Positions 1 to 18,561 of a stretch of DNA of 64,000 bases are shown piece by piece. Under the pieces are notes generated by a model, which was not told the DNA's origin, ran no database searches, and saw nothing but the letters and a program-made list of their open reading frames with translations. The position numbers and the translations under genes are program-made. Position 1 is the stretch's first letter. Every line of letters starts with the position of its first letter. Source of the DNA: Pelomyxa schiedti (lineage: Eukaryota; Protista; Evosea); assembly GCA_020536535.1 (NCBI GenBank), contig JAHLWZ010000859.1, forward strand, positions 6,447-70,446, read 5' to 3'.

Positions 1-754
1 TGTCGGCAAGGGACCCTTTATTGAGGCACGTTTTGGATGTAAAGGTGTGAGGCACACTCTTCACTTGTGTTTTCGCTTGTTGTTTTTTTTTTTTTTTTTT
101 TTTTTTTTACTTACTTGTTAGCTTGGCAGGTTGTGTGCAACCAGAGAAGGACATTCATCAACTTCACAATCAAAAAAGAGTACATGGGAATGTGCCATTG
201 TGATGTCATTGACAACTTGAGATTTTGCTATTTTATTTCGGATAAGCTAGAACCATATGTGATTCTTACAGTAGTGGACCCACAAGTAGGGCGCCTCCAC
301 CGACTTACAAAAGCCCAAGTTTGCTTTGCCTCTCATTATTATACGGCGTTCACACATGAAAGGTCGGTCACCTTGCACAGTCACTGGAAAAATTCCGGGT
401 TAGATTTGGCATCAGTAACGAAACCTATCACTACACACCACTCAGAGAAAGACAGGAAACAGACACTTTTGTGCGCACAGGTGACAAGAGAGGAATCCCA
501 CCACCAGGCACCAAAGCGCACTCGTCTCACTTCCACCTGGTATGGAATCTTCCCACTTCACTTCTTCTCACTCAAGTAACCTCTCACAGAAAATTCGAGT
601 TGCAACCAAGATGCTGGAGGCACGGATGCCTATCTATTCCCTGCTCAACATTGGGGCTCTGCGGGAGGCTGTAGAGCCAGTAAAGTACTCCTTCTCGCGT
701 GTGTCATTGGATTGGGAGGCAACCCTCCCCCTTCTCATGACTGACGCAGAGTAA
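1..754 (+). CDS. 3' part of a multi-exon hypothetical protein (5' end outside window)
   Basis: Coding-like segments (VVCNQRRTFINFTIKKEY..., RLTSTWYGIFP, KIRVATKMLEARMPIYSLL...LLMTDAE*) separated by short T-rich intron-like stretches; no family recognised. Confidence 0.4.
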
Positions 755-955
755 CAAAAGTACAACTAGAAGACAACGAATGAAAATTTAGGAGAATTTT
801 CTTTCTGTTTGATTGAATTCAATCACACATAACAAACATGGGTGGTGATAACCAACTCTCATCGTAGCTTTACGAAGAGAATGTTGTTATTTGACAGGTG
901 TGTATGGAGATACAACGGGGTATGTTGAGTAAGCACTGGCCTCAAAGGGACGAGG

Positions 956-1208
956 TCAGCTCATCTGGCAGTTGGGTCCCCTCCTTGGTGCCCCAGTCTC
1001 CACTACATTGACAAACCTCCTTATGAAAAGGGTGAGAAACGAGTCCACTGAGTGGAGAAATGTCACGAGGAGGGGCAAAGTACTTGTTGTAAAGAATTCT
1101 CTTGTAAGCTCGTCCCCTTGGGCTCTTCTTCTTCTCTGTTGGTGCAACCTTTGGTGTCTGAGCCCTGACCTTTCCTGCTCGTGCAAGTCCTCCATGTACT
1201 TTGCCCAT
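956..1208 (-). CDS. RPS30: 40S ribosomal protein S30 (eS30), 2 exons, no ubiquitin-like leader
   Basis: [42 protein letters not shown]|[20 protein letters not shown]; GT-AG intron at 1083-1020 restores the canonical YNKRFVNV. Confidence 0.97.
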
Positions 1209-1465
1209 TTCTGGTTTTTGGTGTTTGCTTTGTTTTGTTTTGTTTGCCTTCCCTTGCTTCTTCTTTACTTTTTGTTTCTTTTTGTGCTTGTACCTTCCTG
1301 CAGATACCAGGGTATAAGAAGCCTTTGCATTTATGAACCCAGTATGTATCTCAATACACTTTTTTACGAACCAAGAAGAGAACGCTATTTATACCCATAA
1401 TGGGAAGGTTTCGGTACCCGAAATTTAAGCGAATCGCGAGACAAGAAGTTAAGTGCCTTAAACCA

Positions 1466-2843
1466 ATGAGTAAGGAAAACACCTGCTAGCCCTTCGAAGG
1501 GTCTGGCAATTGTGGAAGGCATTTCACTCTACCAATTTTTGACGGGTACATAGGCTGTCCTCTTGGTGTCCTGGGCGGTCTCCGTCTCCAAACAAGAAAT
1601 TAGAAAGCGAAACGGCTCGATGAAGCTGGTCTCCGGGATGGCCCGGGGGAGCCACCTTCGCGACTGCACCACGATGGCGCAGTCCACGTACAACTTGACA
1701 TGGCAAATGCTGCAGGAGACGCAGGAGGGGTACAACTACGACGAGGACCCGTGCCGGAAGAACAGGGCTCCGAAGCCTTCCGATGGCTCGGCGGAGTTGT
1801 ACCTGTTCGGCGCCGTGCCGCACCCCGTGGACCTCAGCTTCACTACTGACGGCCTGCTAGATGGCGAGAATCCCCCTCCGCCACCAACTGAGGATTTATT
1901 GCGTGAGGTAAAGGCTCCACGAACAAATGGGGCTTCTTTTGTTGCCCCTTTTTTCTTCTGTTTGCTCTGTTTTTCCCTGGTGGACTTATTTGAAGGTGGC
2001 AAGATGTGTTCAAGTAAAGGGGGATGGCATCAGCAGGGTACTGTTGCCACATGGTTGCCCTGTGACTCTTGTTCTGGGCAATTTCTCAAAACACGCCAGG
2101 GTGTTTGTTGTCACTTTGCCATCTCATTCCAATCTGGAATTGACAAGTGTTGTCGTGCTGCCCATGAAAGTAAGTAAGTTGCTTTTCTGGCGCAATATTT
2201 AAATAAATAAATACAAAAACAAACACAAAATACAAAACCAAAAAGGTTGCTACTATAGCAGTTGCTTCTTCTCCTTTCCTTGAAGAAAAAGAATACCTTG
2301 ATACTGGTGTTTTCCCGGCATGTGCAACTCAGCAGGCCCATCACCGTTTAGTGTTTCAATCAGCCAAATGTAATTTGTGGCAATTCTCCTCACTGTACAT
2401 ATAACAATCAGGCCTTCACCTTGCGTTTCAGTGTGCTTTGCATCCCCGGGTCGGTGCTGGCAGGTTGAAGACTACACTTCCGACACCGCCTCACTGACTC
2501 TTTTAGCCCGGCAAGAGTTATTCCATCACACTTGTTGAAGCGAATAGTTAATATGTCCCACAGTACCATTCCACCTTCGATTTCACACATTCTTACAACC
2601 AAAAACACAGAATTTTCCACACAAGAAGACCCTTCTCCTGGCACTACAATTCCAACAAGGCGAAAGGCTTCATCACTTCCTTCTCTCGCCCTGTATGGTG
2701 AGTTACAGGCTTCTGTTTATCCCGCTGTTGGTGAGGACTACTTTGGAACCATGGGTTTCTCATGGCGCTCTGGGGACATCACCTGGCCCTGGCGCAAGGA
2801 CCACCCTCTGGTTCTCACAATTCGTCTCGTTTCCTCTCCATAA
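1466..2843 (+). CDS. multi-exon hypothetical protein (start uncertain)
   Basis: GC3-biased exon ~1554-1907 (AVLLVSWAVSVSKQEIRK...), then exons VARCVQVKGDGISRVLLPHG..., PSPCVSVCFASPGRCWQVED..., and TIPPSISHIL...LVLTIRLVSSP*, joined by GT-AG introns. Confidence 0.5.
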
Positions 2844-2990
2844 AAAAAACGGAAATTTTTTTCTCCCGCAATAGAAACCACAAATTGTGCGGTTCTATCC
2901 TTGTTTTCTTGCAGTTGCCTCTCGGTTAATTATTACGAAACAAATCGTACGTCCCGGCGTTCTCTTCGGCTGCTACCGCACACAAACGAC

Positions 2991-5900
2991 ATGGACCACA
3001 ACAGAGGAGGCGGTGGTTTCCGTGGGTACAAGGCAGGGGGCCGCGGCCGCGGCGCGTCGCGGGGACGAGGGGGATCTGCAGGCGGCAGAGGGCGGGGCCG
3101 CGGGCGTGGAGGGGGAGGAGCAAGCCGAGGACGCGGGGCCCCAGGCAGAGGCGGGGGCCGAGGTAGGGGCAGGGGGGGCCGCGAGGACGGAGATGGGGGA
3201 GGCATGGGCATGGGTAGGGGCCGGGGCATGGGAAGAGGGAGGGGGAGGTCCACGGGGATGGGGGGCCGGGGCATGAGTAGAGGCCGAGGCAGGGGAGGCA
3301 TGGGGGCAGGTGGGGACAGGGGACGCGCCAGGGGCGGCAGGGGCGACGGCCGCGGGCGCGGAAGAGGGAGGGACAACGGCATGGGGAGGGGCCGAGGCAG
3401 GGGAGGCAGGCCCGCAAGGACCCGCCCCGACTACGAGGAGGACGAGGAGGGCGACGAAGAGGACGATGAAAACGAGGATGAGGACGAGGACGAGGCACAG
3501 CGTGACCCACGCCGAAAATCAGGTAGTGTGTTCGGGGATGATGACGATGACGATGATGGTGAAGAAGAAGACGACGAGGACGAGGACGAAGACGAGGAAC
3601 GGGGAGAAGACGAAGAAGAGGAGGAGGAGGAAGATGAGGATATTGGGGACGATGACGAGTATGAAGGGGATGAACAACAGGAAGGACAGGGAGAGGGAGA
3701 GGATGAGGATGAGGGGGAGGAAGATACTGGGGGGCTGGCCCCCAAGCGGCAGCAAAACACACGCGAAGCTGGTAGGAAGAGGCCAAGCACCAATCCCGTG
3801 GATGGTAGACTCTCACTCTTTTTTTTAATTACTTCGCTTCTTAGTTGGTTCTTTGTTTTATTTTAGTTTCATTATTAACAATGACACTTGCAGATACTAG
3901 AACACTTCCCAAGCGTGCAAGATTAATCCAACCTGAGAAAAGAAAACTTCTTGATAGACTGTCAACATTCCCAAACCGCAGACAAGAGAAGCAAGAGGCT
4001 TTGGACCTTGTACATCAAGCGAACAAGGGACTTGATTTTGCATTCAAATCCCAAAATAAAGAAAAAGTGGTAGCAGCTGTGCAGAACGCCTATTCTATCT
4101 TCGAGGGCCAGTTCAGGCGACTATGTCAGAGAAGGGAATGTGCCAGAGTCATCGAAATTATCATTAAATATACTTCCAATGAAAATCGTGAAGTGATCTG
4201 GAACGAACTTTCGGGTTTCAATCCTCACTAGAAAAAATTTGAATCCACTCACACATTACTTCAGGACACATTAAGGGACTACTTTCCAAATCTTACGCCT
4301 GCCACGTCGTAAAGGCACTTTGTTCTTATGGTAAGCATTCCCAATTGAGAGATCTCATTCGTGGTTCCGAATTTACTCTGCTGAAAAAACGGGTGCGACC
4401 CTGTTTCTAGGGGTTCTTATTATCGTTCCTCTCCACTCATTGCAAATATCTAGTGGTCTGCAGCAACAGTAGAACAGTTATATGAGACCGGGAATGCACA
4501 ACAACGGGCACAAATGTGTGATAATTTATATGGCGTCACATACCGTAAACTTAAGGTTGCCACTCCCATAATCCTGATTAATCAAGACAAAGGAGGAGGA
4601 TCCTTCAATTACTACATTTGAAATAGCGATGGAAAAAGCGCCTGAAAGAATGGCCAGAGCCCTGGAAACGATGAGAAAAAAGCTGGAAACACTTGCTGAA
4701 AAGAAACACATCCCTGAATTTTCGATATTTCATCATCTGGCATGCAAGTATTTGAGGTAGGATGTTTGTAGCCTTTTGTGCCATTAATCTGTCTACTCCA
4801 GCAACGCCCCTCCAGCACAAGCTTCAGATGCTGTTGTACATCTCAGGGATATTATTTTGCGTATGGTACACACTCCTGAAGGCTCGATAGCTGGTGTTTA
4901 TGCAGCTACCTATGGCTCTGCAAAGGTATGTACAAAGGACGAGGATATTCAATAATACTAAGTTATTTGTAGGACAGGAAAGTCATGCTTAAAGCAATGT
5001 CCGACTATGTTGCTCCAACCTTTAAGGATTCAGGTGGTTGTTGGTTTGCAGCACGTCTACTTGATGTAACGGATGATACAGAGCAGACTACAAAGTACAT
5101 ACTGGAGGTTACCACACTCACATTCTTACAAATATTTGACCCTCCCCTTTCTTCAGCCCATCAAACGGGATATCCCTGAGCTTATACTAGACAATTATGG
5201 TTGCATTCCCTTCATTGTATTACTGGATCGGGCCAAATTTTTGAAACACAATACTGTGAAATCTTTTGCAGTACCAAGTTTGCACAGGCACCTCCCTTTA
5301 TGTTCCATTTTCTTTTTAACATGTTTTCGGTATCGCATTTAGTAAAAAGGACCCTGAAGTTCGAAGGAAAGAACTCCTTGCACACGTTGGACCCGCTTTG
5401 ATTCACTCCTGTAAGGAGCAGTGCTCGCAAATGCTTCAACACTGTAATTCCGGACATGTGTTGTTGGGAATGATCAAAGTTTCATCTGGTGCAACTTTCC
5501 CCTCCATACCGTTAGACCTAACCTGTTTTAGGAGATGCGGACTTAGTTGATGCAGTAGTAAGCGCCTTGGAAGAAGATTTCCAAAGGTATCCAGAGCCCG
5601 TGACCCACAAAGTGAAACCAGAAAAACCACTTAAGAAAGCTCTCCCACATGCGGGCACTTCCAAAAAAGGAAAGGAGAGACATGGTGAAGGCAGTGAAGA
5701 GGAGCAGGATGAAACCCCAATCCTGGCAAGAGATAAGGTCCCACAAAAACCCGAGGTGATAGAAGAGGAGAAAATATCTGCCTTTGAGAAAACTGCTTCT
5801 CATTGGCATATCCACACCTTACTCACGGAAGAGTTTGATGGTACAATTCCCTTCAATATCACACAACCCAAAGTACTAATCTGTTTTAGATTCCCAGTTC

Positions 5901-6172
5901 GGCCCGAAACTTGCCACCGCTCTTGGATCAAACCTTGCACAATTTGCACTTTGTAGCAGTAGACATGCTTTCATTTTGGAGTCACTCTTCAAGAATGTGT
6001 CTCGCAGTAAGAACAAAAAGCTTCTTGCACAGGTTTTTGCCCTCTCTATTTTGTGAACTATTTATTGACTTTCGACTAGATGAAACGGCAGTTTGACCCT
6101 AAAGCAGTACAATCTTTGCCTTCCAACAGCGGCTGTGAGGCTCTTAAACATATTCTAGAATCTCTCAGTTAA
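2991..6172 (+). CDS. PUF6: Puf6/PUM3-type nucleolar Pumilio/CPL-repeat protein with N-terminal RGG (GAR) and acidic tracts
   Basis: Spliced exons give RECARVIEIIIKY, RMVHTPEGSIAGVYAATYGSAKDRKVMLKAM and LLDVTDDT, matching the PUM3/Puf6 pattern (HTxDG...GTxKDRK...D..DDT). The first exon, MDHNRGGGGFRG..., splices in phase (GAT G|AT ACT AGA). Confidence 0.85.
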
Positions 6173-6298
6173 TACAGAGCACACACTTCTGGGTTTGGCC
6201 TACAGAATAGGCCCAACAAGCCCTAGTGATTTAAGATAACCACAAGCCTGCATTTACTGTTTTTGAAACGGTTGGGCAAAAAAAAAAAACCAAGTAAA

Positions 6299-7787
6299 AT
6301 GGCGGCTGATGTGTCACATGCCATTCAACAAGTACAATTTGTAGTTACTCCTGCAAATAAACCGACGGTGGCGGTGAAATCTTGGCCGCAATACAGCAAC
6401 GGAAGTGGTGTGGCTGATCCACGGTATTCAGTGGCCCAGCAACTGCTACCCAACAAGACCGGCGGTTATGGCGTACGCGATCTCGACTTACCGTAGCATT
6501 TAAGTAACCAGTTTTTTCCACTCAAAGAAGCCACCCCCTGCTATTGTACGAGGCAGCATTGCAGATCCTGCAATGAACGAGCTATTCCAGACTGATAGGC
6601 TCGTCAGTGTTAATAACGGTCTCGTTGACACTATAGTGCGATGCTACAATCATCATCACAACTTGGTTTGACAACTGCGCTTGAGAACGTCTTTTTCACC
6701 TCGCCAACCAAAGGTACTTCGACCAGAGGATATTTGGATTGCCATTATGTCACAGTTCTCGTTGTTTGTCAATGCAAACGCCGAGAGATTGAGATCACAG
6801 TTTGTGGCTCACACCGGTCAGAAGGTTATCCACCTTTGGCATTTCCCGAAACAAAGTAGTGACTTTAACTCACAGGAACTTACTGTTTATGGATCTGGAT
6901 CACTCTATACTGCTGCTTACGAGAAGTTATGTAACGACATGGCTGAGGAAATTAGAAAGAACCTCGTAGATGCCACTGTTTGTGAGTGGGTCACTCCCAA
7001 TTTCTCAACAACAACAGCTACAGACAAAGTTCGTTTTCTTGTCAGTTTGTTCTAAGCTCATGAACTGAAGGTTGTAGGATCTGCAACATTGATGTCCGCA
7101 ATGCAGAAGTACTTTGCCTATAAGGTAATCCGACAAGCCATCCTTTCACTCACTGAAAATAGATGAGCTTAATGTGTGGAATTCCACAAGTTACTCTACA
7201 AGGAACACCGGCAGACTGGATGGAAATCAAAGCCCGCACACAAAGGCTTTCTACATACGGGTTGGAGAATTGGGTGCAACTTCTAAATCCCGTATTGGAT
7301 GAGTTTATTGCAACTTCCCAAGGGCGAAGCAATAATAATTTTTGGCAACGAATTTGCCACTACACCTCAGTTCGCTTTTCTTGGTGATTTTTTTGTGCTC
7401 TAATATTGCTGATAGACTGGAAGTGGACCAACCTATTTGTCAGGGTGGGTCTCTGTATTTTGTGCATTCAATGAAAAGGGACACTGGCAAGCTGACACCA
7501 GGGATGTTAGTGTATGGACTGGCCAGCACATCACAAATGAATGGCCAAGTAGAAGCTTTTTCCGTTTCATAACCTTCCACTAAAATGGCCTAGTCATAGA
7601 TATTGAAGATACACCCCCAGGTTTTGTCTCCACGCCCGTAACAGTCGATGACAACGGCACAATTTACAAGACCACGCTTTGGAGTGGTTCCTTTGTACAA
7701 GAGTGGTCTCCCGATAAGCTCACAGCCCACCCCAGGCTAGACTGGCTAATGACTCTCAACGCACCAGACACAGAAAACTCAGAATGA
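6299..7787 (+). CDS. DUF4419 family protein
   Basis: Family motifs [70 protein letters not shown] and [12 protein letters not shown] across about 7 exons. Confidence 0.88.
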
Positions 7788-7879
7788 GGGGAGAGAAATG
7801 ATAATTTCCATTTTCACCAATGTACATTCATTCAAGACAAGGCAGGCAGAACAGACTATTGTGTAATAACGCACCTCGC

Positions 7880-9114
7880 TCACCAACCACCCTCCATGTT
7901 TGCTCCCACGTCAACAGGCTTGACAGGGTTGCTATGCACTGTTCCTGCATTTCCGCCATCTTTGTTGTCGTTTTCACTCTCAGCGGGGCTCGTCGGTGGT
8001 TCCACGCGGGGCGGCGCCGGCGATGATGGGATGCCGTCAACGGGTGCCGGCGTGTCATCTTTAGGGGGTTGTGGATCGGGGTGGTCTTGAGGTTGGTCCT
8101 CCACTGCATCCTCGTGGATGTACTTTTCTTGGGGGGACGGGGCAGGTGATGGTAGTAGGGGGTCAGATTTGGGCGCGTCGCCCGGGGTTGTGGTTGTGGT
8201 TGTGCTAGTCGTTGCTGGCGTTTCTTCAATTGTGGGAACTCCTGTTGCTGTTGCTGTTGTTGTTGTGGGTGATGGTGACGGTTCTTGCTGTTGCTCGAGG
8301 GCGGAGTTCGTTGATTCTGGTAATTGTGTTGGTTGGGCTGATGGTGGGTGTTCATCTTCAACTTCAACTTCAGAACCAGACTTCGATGTCGATGTTGATG
8401 ATGTCGCTGCTGATTCCACTGTTTCCGTTGGTGTTGTATGTTCTGTTGCAGATTGATTTTCTGTTTTGATTTCAGTTGCCGTGGCAGTTACTTTTTCTGT
8501 TGCTTCCGCTATTGGTGTTTCTGTGGCTGTGGCTGTGGTTGTTGTAGTTGCTGTTGTCGTTGCCGTTGATGCTGATGCTGATGCTGATATTGTCGGTTCT
8601 GTGTTTTCTGTAGTTGGCGTCGGTGATGGTGCTGGTTCTGTGTTTTCAGGCGTTAGTTCGGTTTCTGCTGTGATTTCTGGTGCTGAAGCTACTTCTGCTG
8701 TTGGCTCTTTACCTGTTGGGGCTCTGGGTCCAGGTTCTGGTGCAGAGTCTTTATTTTCGGCTGAAGTAATTTCCTTCTGTTGTACTGTTGTTGTTTCCGT
8801 TGCCGAAATTTCTGTGTTTACTGGGTCCGGCTCTATTTTTGCCACTGACTCTGGAACTGGTACTTGCTCCAATTTTGGTTCAGGTTCAGGTTCAGGTTCC
8901 GGTTCAGGTTCCAGTTTTGGTGATGTTGGTGCTGTTTCCTGTTTTGGTTCTGCTTTTGGTTCGAGTTTTGCTACTTCCTCTGATTTTGGTTCTGGGAGTG
9001 GTGATGGTGATGGTACTGCTGGTTCTGATTCTGATTCTGATTCTATTTTTGGTTCTGCCTTCGGTTCGGGTTCTGGTTTTGATTCTGGTGGTGATGGTGA
9101 TGGCGATGGCACTG

Positions 9115-9172
<58 letters not shown>

Positions 9173-12100
9173 CTTGCTTTCAGCCTGGGGTTCTAGCACT
9201 GGTCTTTGTTCTACTTCTAGTTCTGGATCTGGATCTGGCTTTTGTCCAGACTCTGGTGTTGGGACATCTAGAGTTACTTCCAGTGGGGCTGGTTTCTCCA
9301 ACGAGGCTGGTGTTGACGCCTGAACCTCCTCCATGGAGTTTAACTTATCATCAAGGTCGTTGCGCGCGCTCTCTTCTTCGCTTACTGGCACTTCATTAGT
9401 TTCGTTCACAACATCCTGTTGTGTTGGTTTTTCGTCAACCACAGGATTTTCTGCTTCTCCATCCGAGCTGTGAGTAGTGGTACTGGGAGTTGCCTCACTA
9501 TTTGAAGGCGCTGTTGTGTCAGCAATTTCCCCGGAAATAGCTGTTGATATCTCCTTATTGCTACTCAGGTATGTGTCTTCAGCTTCTAATTTGACAATAC
9601 TTGCTGTTGCTACTGGTTCCGTTTCATTGATAGCAGTTCTTTCTGGCATAGGAGTGAGTTTGGTGCACTCTACACCATCTTTCTCTCCTGTGGTCTCCAT
9701 ATTGGAGGTCTCAGGTGTTTGTGGGTTCAGTTTGACTTCAGATGACTCTTTTTTGGTTGAATCAGGCTCAACAGCAGTAATGTCAAGTGGTGCTGTAATT
9801 GAAAGGTGAGATAATCTTCCCAGGCTTAACTGCGTGGGAAATGAACCTTCTCCCAGCAACTCAGTCTCATTGCCCTGGGGTGGCCCCTCTATCTCACTTG
9901 CATATGCATTACCGCCTAGGGCTTCCTGCTTATCCATAGCGTTCACGTCTTCAGCCTCAACAACATCCGTCGAAAACCCTGTTGTTGAAGTCTCCATTTT
10001 ACTTACTGGAGGTGTTTGGTGAGTGGACACTGAAAGTGAGATAATAAGTTATGGTAATTTTGCTAACAGCTTGTACTGGCTAGCGAAATATATTACGCAT
10101 ATAGTGTACTTTGTGGTGAACAACCTTCATTCATATTGTCTGACTGTGCTCTTTCACCATCTAGCTCCTGGCTAGTATCCTCGCTGTAAGATTTTGGTGT
10201 GGCTTCACTCGGTTCAGTGGGAGTTATGCTGGTCGCAGTTGTTGTTTCTGCCGCGGATTCAACTGATCCCAACCCGAAGTCCTGTTGCTTGAGTGCATCC
10301 TCAGAGGGAGTGGATCCACCACTGATCTGGGTGTTTGTGGTATTGTCTGCACGTGTGAGGTAAGTCACTGTGTTGAAGGGTGTCATTTTTGGTTACAATA
10401 CTTTTTAGTTGCAGGTTTTATTTAATCTTTGTTGTTGTTGGTTTTAACCTTCTGTCATCCCATCTTGGTATGGTATTGAAAACCCCTCGTGGTCTGGGCT
10501 AGTTCCATCACCTGAGACTGTTGTTTCTGGAGGGTTCGGATTATCATCATTCTGCTCATCGTCACTTTCATGTGGAGTACCGACACTAATATTTCCCGTG
10601 CTGGTACTGGTGCCATTCAACACCAACGTATTCTCTGGTACCACTGTTATTGGGTATTCCCCAGTAGAGCTGTCGAGGGTTTCATGTGGAATCTTGACTT
10701 TCTCCTCTATTGATCTTCCTCCTATTGCAGTCATGGATAAATGTTCATGCAACTCATTGGTCTCCACCGTTTCTTGGTTTATCTTATTCTCATTGGGAGC
10801 AGTGATGCCTGATGTTCCACTTGCAACAACGTCATTGCTTACGGTATTATCAGTAGCCCCCATTATAGAATAATTCTCAACTACATTCTCAACTACTTCT
10901 GGGTCTGATGTATGGTCTCGACTGTGATACTCTCCTTCATTTTCTTCTGTAATCCTTGACCCAGGTAGTGCATCGATTGGCCATGTTGGGTGCTCTTGTT
11001 CGGACTCTGTTTTGTTTTCTTCAAGGTACTTCATTTCGGGACTCAAACCATCCACTGGGCCCAGGGCTGATTTATCACTCCAGATTCCTGGGGTGCTGAC
11101 CTCTAGACTTGAATCAGGAATCTCAGTTTTTTCTGTCCCTGTCAGACCTAATAAGAGGGTGAATAATGTTGACCGGAAGAAGAAATTTAACCGTCTTGCT
11201 CGGACATTTTCTCAGCTGTATTGTCCATTTCTGTTGAGGGGCTGCTGGTGGACTCATAGTCTTGATTCTTTGTTCCTGTAGCTATTGTGTGACTTAGGTC
11301 TTCCTCTGTGGATCGATCTTCTTCTGTGATAGAAACTGGCTTGCAGTGTGCGGTCACTGCCTCAGGTTCAACTTTGATCTCAGAGTGGGCAAAGACAGAT
11401 GATAAAATTTCCGAAGACGGTGGTACCTCGCCACGTTGAGTGAACCCTGAAGTGAGTGAAGTTGGTATACTGGGGTGTGTGCCTACGGTATCTATAAGAG
11501 GGAGGTTTAAGAAGGACAAGAAGAAGTAGTTCTACATACTCTCTGCCACACTGTCTATATCAAATCCACGTTCTTCTTGAACATGCTGTTTTTCAGCCGT
11601 GGAAACCTTCTCCAATGGTGGTTGTGAATCATCAATTCTTTCAACAGGGGGTTCACAGGGCACTTGGGATTTGACTTTGATTTCTACCTCACACTTCTCC
11701 ACTTTTTTGGTAGAAGACATGTTGCTTGCATTCAAATTTTGTTGTGTGTGAAATGCGGTATAGAGCTGGTCACATCTTTTTTGTACTTCTAGAATTTCTC
11801 CTCGGAGCTGTTGCATAGGTTGTAATGCTGTCTCCAATGCTGCTTGAATCGCCTTCTTTTGATCATTAAGGTGAGTTTCCTGACTGTCTGATAAGTTCTT
11901 CAAATTCCTTTGTATCGTCTTGCTTAAGTCGGATGCCGTCGCCGTGTACAATGCCTGCCAAAAGAAGGGGCAGGTTAGCCAGATAATAAAAAAAAATTCC
12001 AGCCTGGAATTTGAAAAAAAAAAAGAAAAGAAAACCTTGAGATGTTGGTCCAGTTGCTTCTTCAAGTAAAGATCAAACAGTACATGAGTTACAGGCAAAT

Positions 12101-12800
12101 CTGCAAAACTCAGCTCAGCACACTGCCCCTCCTCTCCCAGTTCCTCCCTCACCAACCCATAATCATTCTCACCAACACAATCACAACCAGAATTCGAGTC
12201 CTCTGCGGTCTGGATTGGGTCACGCCAGGCCTGGTCCAAAGCACACAAAAGCTCAGTCTCCTCCTGGTCCTCAGGCTCCTCTGTGCACACCGGGACTGGC
12301 TGGGGGCGCTTCTCCGAAGCAGATTCGCGCGCGCCGGCAGCGGCGCGAGGCCGAGGCACAGGCCGCCGCAGCTTCCCAGTAAGGAAGCTGTAGCACAGCG
12401 ACGCGCAGTACCACGACCCTATGACGACGACGCCGACGTAGGCGGCGGCCGACGCAGAAGACAGCGCGCTTCCAGATCGCAGCGATCGAAGGAGCGATCG
12501 CGGGCACCACGGCCCGTGCACAAATGCCAGAAGAGACGCGGCCGCGAACACCAAAATCGCCAGCGCGATTCGCGGACGTCGGCCAACCCGCGACGGCGAG
12601 GACGAAGACGACGGCGGCGCAGGCTTCGACTTGGGGCTGTTGATTATGGGAGGCGCCGACGAAGTGGGCGTGTGAGAGCACGAGACGCCGCTGGTGTTGG
12701 TTTGGTTCGCGTCAGCCGAATCGGTGCAACAATTGGTATCGGTGACGGTTGATGTCTTCGTCGCGCACGGGGCGGAGTGTTTGAAGGAAGCCCTGCGCAT
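7880..12800 (-). CDS. large hypothetical protein: two N-terminal hydrophobic helices, coiled coil, very long acidic E/P/T/S low-complexity region
   Basis: Consecutive minus-strand ORFs 11532-12800, 11187-11519, 10444-11055, 10093-10386 and 7880-10030 separated by short introns; TM-like [17 protein letters not shown] and [21 protein letters not shown]; heptad region [21 protein letters not shown]. Confidence 0.7.
8876..9240 (-). repeat. coding microsatellite (TGGTTC)n on + strand, encoding (EP)n, plus a duplicated EPAVPSPSP module
   Basis: About 9 tandem TGGTTC units at ~9116-9172, CAGGTT units at ~8881-8910, and two copies of EPAVPSPSP in the translation. Confidence 0.9.
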
Positions 12801-12945
12801 CCCTTCAGGCTAATTGATGGTTTGGTTTCTTTTTTGATTGGATACAGATTGAGACCGTTTTAAAGCTGAGCCACAGGGTGGTGAAATTGACTCCATTTTA
12901 CACAAAATTGTGCTGGGTTTTAGCCCAGGATTGGGTGTGACTTTG

Positions 12946-18385
<5,440 letters not shown>

Positions 18386-18561
18386 CGAGCTGGTGCCGCT
18401 GGGAAATTGCAATTTTTATTTCCCCTTTTTCGTTCTTTGTGTTTCCGGTATTGAGCCTTGAATTTCAACGGGAGATGAACTTCGTTTGCCGCTTTAAGGA
18501 ACAAAGCACACGGTACAGAATTTATTTTTTTTTATGGACAAGGGAAAGGAAACGGGGAGGC

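Noticed and set aside
956-1208. RPS30 lacks the ubiquitin-like (FUBI) fusion
   Set aside because: Stand-alone eS30 is the normal state outside animals.
2412-2560. Apparent in-frame TGA at 2466 suggesting readthrough or selenocysteine
   Set aside because: A different frame plus a GT-AG intron (~2517-2563) gives an open path; no recoding is needed.
8118-9399. Long + strand ORFs opposite the EP/T-rich gene (likewise antisense ORFs at 2926-3816, 17570-18371 and 48530-49480)
   Set aside because: Shadow frames of low-complexity or GC-rich coding sequence; no independent protein features.
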